From: Phoronis australis
Lineage: Eukaryota; Animalia; Phoronida
Assembly (NCBI GenBank): GCA_002633005.1
Contig: NMRA01000245.1
Coordinates: forward strand, 248,001-312,000
Length of the DNA stretch: 64,000 bases
Direction: 5' to 3'
Shown: positions 52,661 to 64,000 of the stretch, piece by piece
Position numbering within the stretch: position 1 is the stretch's first letter
Layout: the number at the start of each line of letters is the position of its first letter
Translations under genes and position numbers: made by a program
The notes under the pieces: generated by a model
Database searches by the model: none
What the model was told of the DNA's origin: nothing
What the model saw: the letters and a program-made list of their open reading frames with translations, nothing else

Positions 52661-54546
52661 AGTGTCTGCAAAATATAGAATGACATTTGTTACTAGAACA
52701 TAAAAAAAAACATTCCACCACTAATTGTAACAATGTAGGATTACAGCAAAAATAACTCTGCATTGTCACGTCTAGATGACCAGTTTCCCCACAACAACTT
52801 GACAGAGGACTGCACCCTTAACCAATAAATCCCCCTCAGAAGGCACAGGTACCTTACCCCTGAGGTGAGAGAGTGTCGTATTTTTTGAAGATTTTAACTC
52901 ACACAAAAATTTACATCGATTTTTTAAAATAGTAATAAAATAATACCACTTCCTTTATTTTATGATAAAAACACCATTAGGGATTCAAAACTGGGCACAC
53001 TAGTGGTTCAACACCAGGCTTACAAACTGGCTCCCTTTTCAAGGCAATTCCCTTAATGCACTAGCATTTTATGAATCCCAACGTCATAATTTAGGCTCCA
53101 AAAATGCTTTCACCATAGTAATTAACCATCGTCAACAATATTTGTCAGTCGGTTTGGACAACCACACCATTCTGTACTATCAACAGGCAACAAAAGCAGC
53201 CTGGTTCTTAGAACCACAGCAATAACCCCTGGATTGTAAGGTCAGTCAGTTGAACAGGTCTGGCCCGGCTCTAATACTCCTTAGCAGGGTGAATTTGAGT
53301 TATCGATTCATTGGAACTCCAACCAAGTGCCTTACTTTCAAAAATGACTGCCAACCATGTTTGAGGACAATTCAAATATTGCAGTCAGATTTGATGCCAA
53401 ATCTCAATCGATATATCAGCATGCAGGGCTAAGAAGTGCGAGGCATCGAGTGATTCTTTTCTACACATGAAAAATGTGCCTAATTCCATCACCTCAAAAT
53501 GTGCTCAATCAACACGGTCACCAACCGCAGACAAGTTTCATTGAAGTATGGGAACATTGTCAACCAACCCTAACAAATTTCAATACTTGTGGCTGCTAGA
53601 ACAGCACAGTCAGCTACATATATTTTTACTCACAGTCGAGGAACTCCTGCCAAAAGCTTATCAATAACATACAATGAACCGCAAGAATTTTGGTTTTCTG
53701 TGCAGCTCCAGCCAAAAGTTAAGATCCTGAAAAAGGTGCCACTGCCTCAGGGAATTAGCCTGCTGCCTAGCCAACTGACAGGCAATTGATTGAAAAAATA
53801 ACGAAGCCAAATGCACGATGATGGGTAACTTTTGACTTTCTTGTTATCCAATAAAACTCAACTTGTTCACCATCAGCCAATCCCATCTCACACTGGCTAA
53901 ACCATCACACCATGTCATCACTATTCCAGCATGGAAGGAAACTTAAGGAAGCCATCGATAACAAATATTTTGTAAGTCATGATTTCTTTCCCACACGTCC
54001 ATTCACTTGTAAACGAAATCGTGAAATGGCCATTTTTGCAGTGAGCGCCAATGCATAGGTCCATATTGAGTATATTTAAACATTTGAACTACAATGATCT
54101 CAGAAGTTAAGACAATTACTACTTAAACAAACTTACAGCAATGGGGCTTTGCCAGCGTGGAGCGTAATTTGCCAAAAACGCGTCAGGCATACAGGGGATC
54201 TATGCTTACGGCACGGCTACCATCTGAACCAACTTTGCTGATCCAGTTCAGACGGTAAGCAGTATTTGGCACCAGCAGTCTCTGATTTAGAGAACCAGGT
54301 AAACATTGCATAACGAGTCAATTATTCAGTGACTGTCTGGTTCTCAAAAATCAGGGACCAGTGCATCCGACCAGTGCCGCACTATCTTTAGTGTCTACTC
54401 AGTCCAAGTCGATCATGGGTGCACTCGTGTTGTAACATTACTTTCAAGTTATACAGGCCTCCCTAAATCCCTCGCTAAGGGGCAAGTGGTCTTTGGATGA
54501 TTGACATGGACGCTAGACTTCAGTTCCAAGGGGGCACTGCTTCGAC

Positions 54547-55472
54547 TAGGCAATGACCATCGCCTCTGTTGGTCCGAACCAGAGGCGATGCAGCTCCTAT
54601 AGGCGCTCTGTACGCCGGAAGCTTTTTGGCGAATAATGCCTCGCACCGACTAAACCATCAAAGTCACGTTGTTATAAATACCTTTTGCGCATAGAGGAAC
54701 ACCTTAGGAGGTTGTCGATGTGTTTAATTCCTTCCAACTCGAACAAATACTCCCGTTATGAAACTTTTTTTTCGAGCAGTCCCTATTTCAGTTCCCAAAA
54801 TCGTGAAATCACCATTTTTATACTGTGCACGCTCCAATTTTTACCGCGCTTGCTAGGTGATGTGACTTCATGACCTCAATCTTTAAATAGGCCAAAGGTA
54901 AGCCATTGCGGTCTTGTCAGTCAAATGTTCGTTTCCAAAATGCCACCACTTATACTTGTCTTTAATTGGCGTTACTTGAAACTGATTGTATTTCAATGAA
55001 TTATTGTTTGTATTTGATAAAAATAAATGCTGTTGATATGACATTTAATAGTCTTTGTGCACATATTTGACATTTTAATGTTTAACAACACGGCAAATGC
55101 ACGGCTGGTTCCCGGCAGCACGTACGCGAAGGGCGGGAACTTCAGCTTTCAAAGTTCGCCGGTAGGTCCGCAACTTCTGACCTTCGGCCTGGTTAAAAAA
55201 ATGAAAAAGTTGATTTCACGATTTTGGGAACTGAAATAGGGACTGCTCGAAGAAAAAGCTTCATAACGGGAGTATTTGTTCGAGTTGGAAGGAATTAAAC
55301 ACATCGACAACCTCCTAAGGTGTTCCTCTATGCGCAAAAGGTATTTATAACGTGACTTTGATGGTTTAGTTGGTGCGAGGCATAATTCGCCAAAAAGCTT
55401 CCGGCGTACAGAGCGCCTATAGGAGCTGCATCGCCTCTGGTTCGGGCCAACAGAGGCGATGGTCATTGCCTA
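54547..55472. mobile_element. Non-autonomous DNA transposon, 926 bp, ~270-bp TIRs (5'-TAGGCAATG...), 9-bp TSD TGCTTCGAC
   Basis: 54547-~54818 is the near-perfect reverse complement of ~55203-55472; tgcttcgac at 54538-54546 and 55473-55481. Confidence 0.92.
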
Positions 55473-58400
55473 TGCTTCGACTCTCAGTTGGCAGCTGAAC
55501 AAGACATGATGATGTGACATAATGTCTAGAACTGCACTCAAGTCAGGTTGGGAAGATTTACACAATAAATGCTGTTGCTTAATTTGTGTACGACCAGTCT
55601 GTTAAATACATGACAACTGAGATCAATCATGATGACCATCAATCGTCAACAAGTCTGACAGTGTTAACCAATGTCAATGAAATCGAAAATGAATGAGCCT
55701 GAACGTAAAAAACATGATCCGCATTGACTAAGAAAATGTTTAAGCTTCCATTTGAGATATTGCCAAATACCACACACAGTTTCATCGTTGCACAATCACC
55801 TTGTTATACTAAGGCAAAACTTGTGAGAACAGCAGTCCACTACATGATGGCAAATAAACGTGCTTGATACCAAAAATTCCTGCAACCATTAGCCGAGGAC
55901 AAGTCGCCTTTCCAACATGGCCGAATGATGTCACGTGATCAAAATCTCTCCTTCCGATTCGTTTTTTCCAAAAAGGAACTGTCTCCCCCCGAAATTACAG
56001 GATTTCAATTCGTAAAATTGTTTAGTTTTATTTCTTGACCACACATCTGGGGTGTCGATAGGTTCAGCTCGTGACAGAGTCGTTTGAAACGACATTTTTG
56101 AAATAGCCTTAGGAAAAGCGCTAATTACTGATTCCTTAAACCCCGGGGGGTGCTTGAGTCGTGATTGTGGTCTGTTCATAAAAATGACCTAAGACATAAT
56201 TGTCTGAAAAATAATTAGATACCACTTAAGCAGAAGTCAAAAGCAGATAATTAATAGCAATTAAGATAATTTCTATCAATGTGTTTCAGCAACTGTTGCG
56301 GAGTAAAGCCGGCCTGTTTTTAATTCATTTCATAAAACCATGTAGTATATGAAAAAAGGTCACAGGGACCTTAAGTATTACGAGCGCATCACATTCTAGA
56401 CATAATTTATAGAAATTATACCAGTATTACCAGCAGTTATGTTTATATTCTCATACAGAGACTTTTCACTTTTGCTCAAACGACTAGATATTTCTTTTTC
56501 AAAGAAATACCATGACCGTTCAGCACCTAAAACCATGCAAATCTCGTTTTATCACTAGTGAAACAGGATTTGACTGTAGGTCATATTTTAGTCATGACGG
56601 TTTCTTTTCAAATGATACACTTTTTTATTTAATTTTCCTTTAAAAATGGCTTATTTTGATGTCCAAAACCTCAGTGAAGGTCATTGATACCCCAGTAAAC
56701 ATGACAGTATTGGCCCAGTACTGGATTTCTGTTGCTTGATAACGCTTGTACCGTATACCGGTTTACGTTTCTGGGCCACGAATGGCCCAGTACCGTCCCC
56801 ACGACACTAACCCAGTGAACTTTCCCTTAGCGGCTCGCCAGTATTGGACCGGTAAACACAGACTTGAACACAAGAGGGCAGTTAGAGGCTTGCCCACAGG
56901 AAGGCTAAAACTTTTGACTTTTTAAAAAAATCNNNNNNNNNNNNNNNNNNNNNNNNNNNNNNNNNNNNNNNNNNNNNNNNNNNNNNNNNNNNNNNNNNNN
57001 NNNNNNNNNNNNNNNNNNNNNNNNNNNNNNNNNNNNNNNNNNNNNNNNNNNNNNNNNNNNNNNNNNNNNNNNNNNNNNNNNNNNNNNNNNNNNNNNNNNN
57101 NNNNNNNNNNNNNNNNNNNNNNNNNNNNNNNNNNNNNNNNNNNNNNNNNNNNNNNNNNNNNNNNNNNNNNNNNNNNNNNNNNNNNNNNNNNNNNNNNNNN
57201 NNNNNNNNNNNNNNNNNNNNNNNNNNNNNNNNNNNNNNNNNNNNNNNNNNNNNNNNNNNNNNNNNNNNNNNNNNNNNNNNNNNNNNNNNNNNNNNNNNNN
57301 NNNNNNNNNNNNNNNNNNNNNNNNNNNNNNNNNNNNNNNNNNNNNNNNNNNNNNNNNNNNNNNNNNNNNNNNNNNNNNNNNNNNNNNNNNNNNNNNNNNN
57401 NNNNNNNNNNNNNNNNNNNNNNNNNNNNNNNNNNNNNNNNNNNNNNNNNNNNNNNNNNNNNNNNNNNNNNNNNNNNNNNNNNNNNNNNNNNNNNNNNNNN
57501 NNNNNNNNNNNNNNNNNNNNNNNNNNNNNNNNNNNNNNNNNNNNNNNNNNNNNNNNNNNNNNNNNNNNNNNNNNNNNNNNNNNNNNNNNNNNNNNNNNNN
57601 NNNNNNNNNNNNNNNNNNNNNNNNNNNNNNNNNNNNNNNNNNNNNNNNNNNNNNNNNNNNNNNNNNNNNNNNNNNNNNNNNNNNNNNNNNNNNNNNNNNN
57701 NNNNNNNNNNNNNNNNNNNNNNNNNNNNNNNNNNNNNNNNNNNNNNNNNNNNNNNNNNNNNNNNNNNNNNNNAAGGGGGGGGGGGGGTCAGATATCACAA
57801 ATGTATCTTAGGTCCGCCACTGAAAGCGGGTTTATTGCGGTTTTAAAATTAGTTAGCGAATGATCATTCGGTTGTGCTATACATGATCTTATTGACGACA
57901 TATCGTATCAATTTGAGGCCTATCATCTACAAACTCTAGTAGTTTTATGGGGAACCTGAAGAAAGATTTTTTACTTTTTACCAATTGGATTACGTTACCA
58001 CGACTTCTCAGTAACATTTATAGCAAAAAATAAAAGTACAGTGACGGTGAAAACGGTATCAATATCATGATCGAATTTTATTTGATCGTGAGTCGAAGAT
58101 GACCGTTGCGTGAGACCTCAGATCCGCTAACATGGAAGTCTTCTACAGTATCATTTCTTTTTTATTTTATGTAATTTTAAAGTTTTCATGGAAATTAAGA
58201 AAGTCATATTTCTTAACAATTTCTCATGCAAAGTTGGATCATTTTAAAAACAACTTCCGTAACTGTTTTGCAAAGAGGAACACTCTGAGTGAGTGCACAA
58301 ACCAAAGTGAGTGAAAGTTCTGATCACCCATTTTTGAGATGACGTTTCGAAGTTAGACAAATTTGTTCATGATTTTCTAGTGTGCTACATAACTTAAAGC

Positions 58401-58484
58401 AGCACTTGAATAGGATTTTCCGTCACGAATCATGGGATTTTCCGGAATCCTTTATATGCTCTCATATGTCGGTTGCAAAGTGAT

Positions 58485-58765
58485 TCATTGGGGCGGGTTC
58501 ATGTAACACGGAAGTTATACTTTAGCGACACATGTGGGCAGGTAAATAAATCAACTTTGAGGTAAATAGTCAACGCTAATCTTTAAAGACGATTAACTCC
58601 GGTCATTTCAATTTTTAAAGTATTTCGTGACATTAAGTTGTCAACCAGTGCTTGAGGTCGTTTTACCACGTCACCCAGTTTATTTCACCAGCTGAGAACC
58701 TGAACTGCAACTGAAAGTGTTGCAAGGCGTGGTTAACCTCTGTTGAATCCAAGATGGCGGAATTG
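58485..58765 (+). promoter_or_regulatory. Probable SLK promoter
   Basis: GC box ggggcggg (~58489), ETS cggaagt (~58508), YY1 caagatggcgg (58750-58760), ~270 nt before the ATG. Confidence 0.55.
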
Positions 58766-59014
58766 GTACATTTTCCTGGATGAGATGTATCGAGAATTTT
58801 GTTCGCGTTTCAGTTATTGAAGTTGTTGATTTCTGGGGCTATATTGCCGAGCAGTTGCGAAGGATATAAATTACAAACCATTTTCATGACAATAATTTTC
58901 CTAATCACACCCAGCATAAAATAACATTGATGTGAAGCTGAAAAAGTTTCCGTCAGCTGACCGTGTTTGGACAAGTCAACAAGTGGACCTGGATTTTGAG
59001 AGCCTTTAAGTTAA

Positions 59015-64000
<4,986 letters not shown>

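Noticed and set aside
47812-52703. Many short plus-strand and alternate-frame ORFs
   Set aside because: These are shadows of the 1664-codon minus-strand exon with no independent motifs.
54685-55466. Two ORFs sharing RIEEHLRRLSMCLIPSNSNKYSRYE
   Set aside because: They are the two arms of the TIR element and show no transposase motifs.
56905-57798. Long ORFs spanning N-runs (also 22060-22515, 46977-47755)
   Set aside because: Artefacts of assembly gaps.

Overview
This is eukaryotic (metazoan) genomic DNA from a draft assembly with five N-gaps. It is most likely a marine invertebrate, but the species cannot be determined from the sequence. It has GT-AG spliced genes and many transposon relics. 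From left to right: (1) TMEM127 on the minus strand (3 coding exons, promoter near 8.6 kb). Its first coding exon is doubled by what looks like a haplotype-overlap assembly artefact. (2) A ~23 kb accessory island (10.5-33.8 kb) containing two paralogous copies of an unrecognised 6-exon coiled-coil gene, a duplicated cassette with a small MG/Cys-cluster ORF, a split L2/CR1-group LINE, a divergent protein kinase and an internally deleted GPCR pseudogene. (3) A large TOPAZ1-like gene on the minus strand (36.8-52.7 kb) with a 5-kb first coding exon and a CCCH finger. Its last intron carries, on the opposite strand, an intronless type-I LRR receptor with a tyrosine-motif-rich cytoplasmic tail. (4) A 926-bp TIR element with a perfect 9-bp TSD. 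(5) The 5' part of an SLK/STK10 Ste20 kinase gene on the plus strand. No rRNA, confident tRNA or CRISPR was seen. Gene names come from my recognition of motifs, not from database searches.
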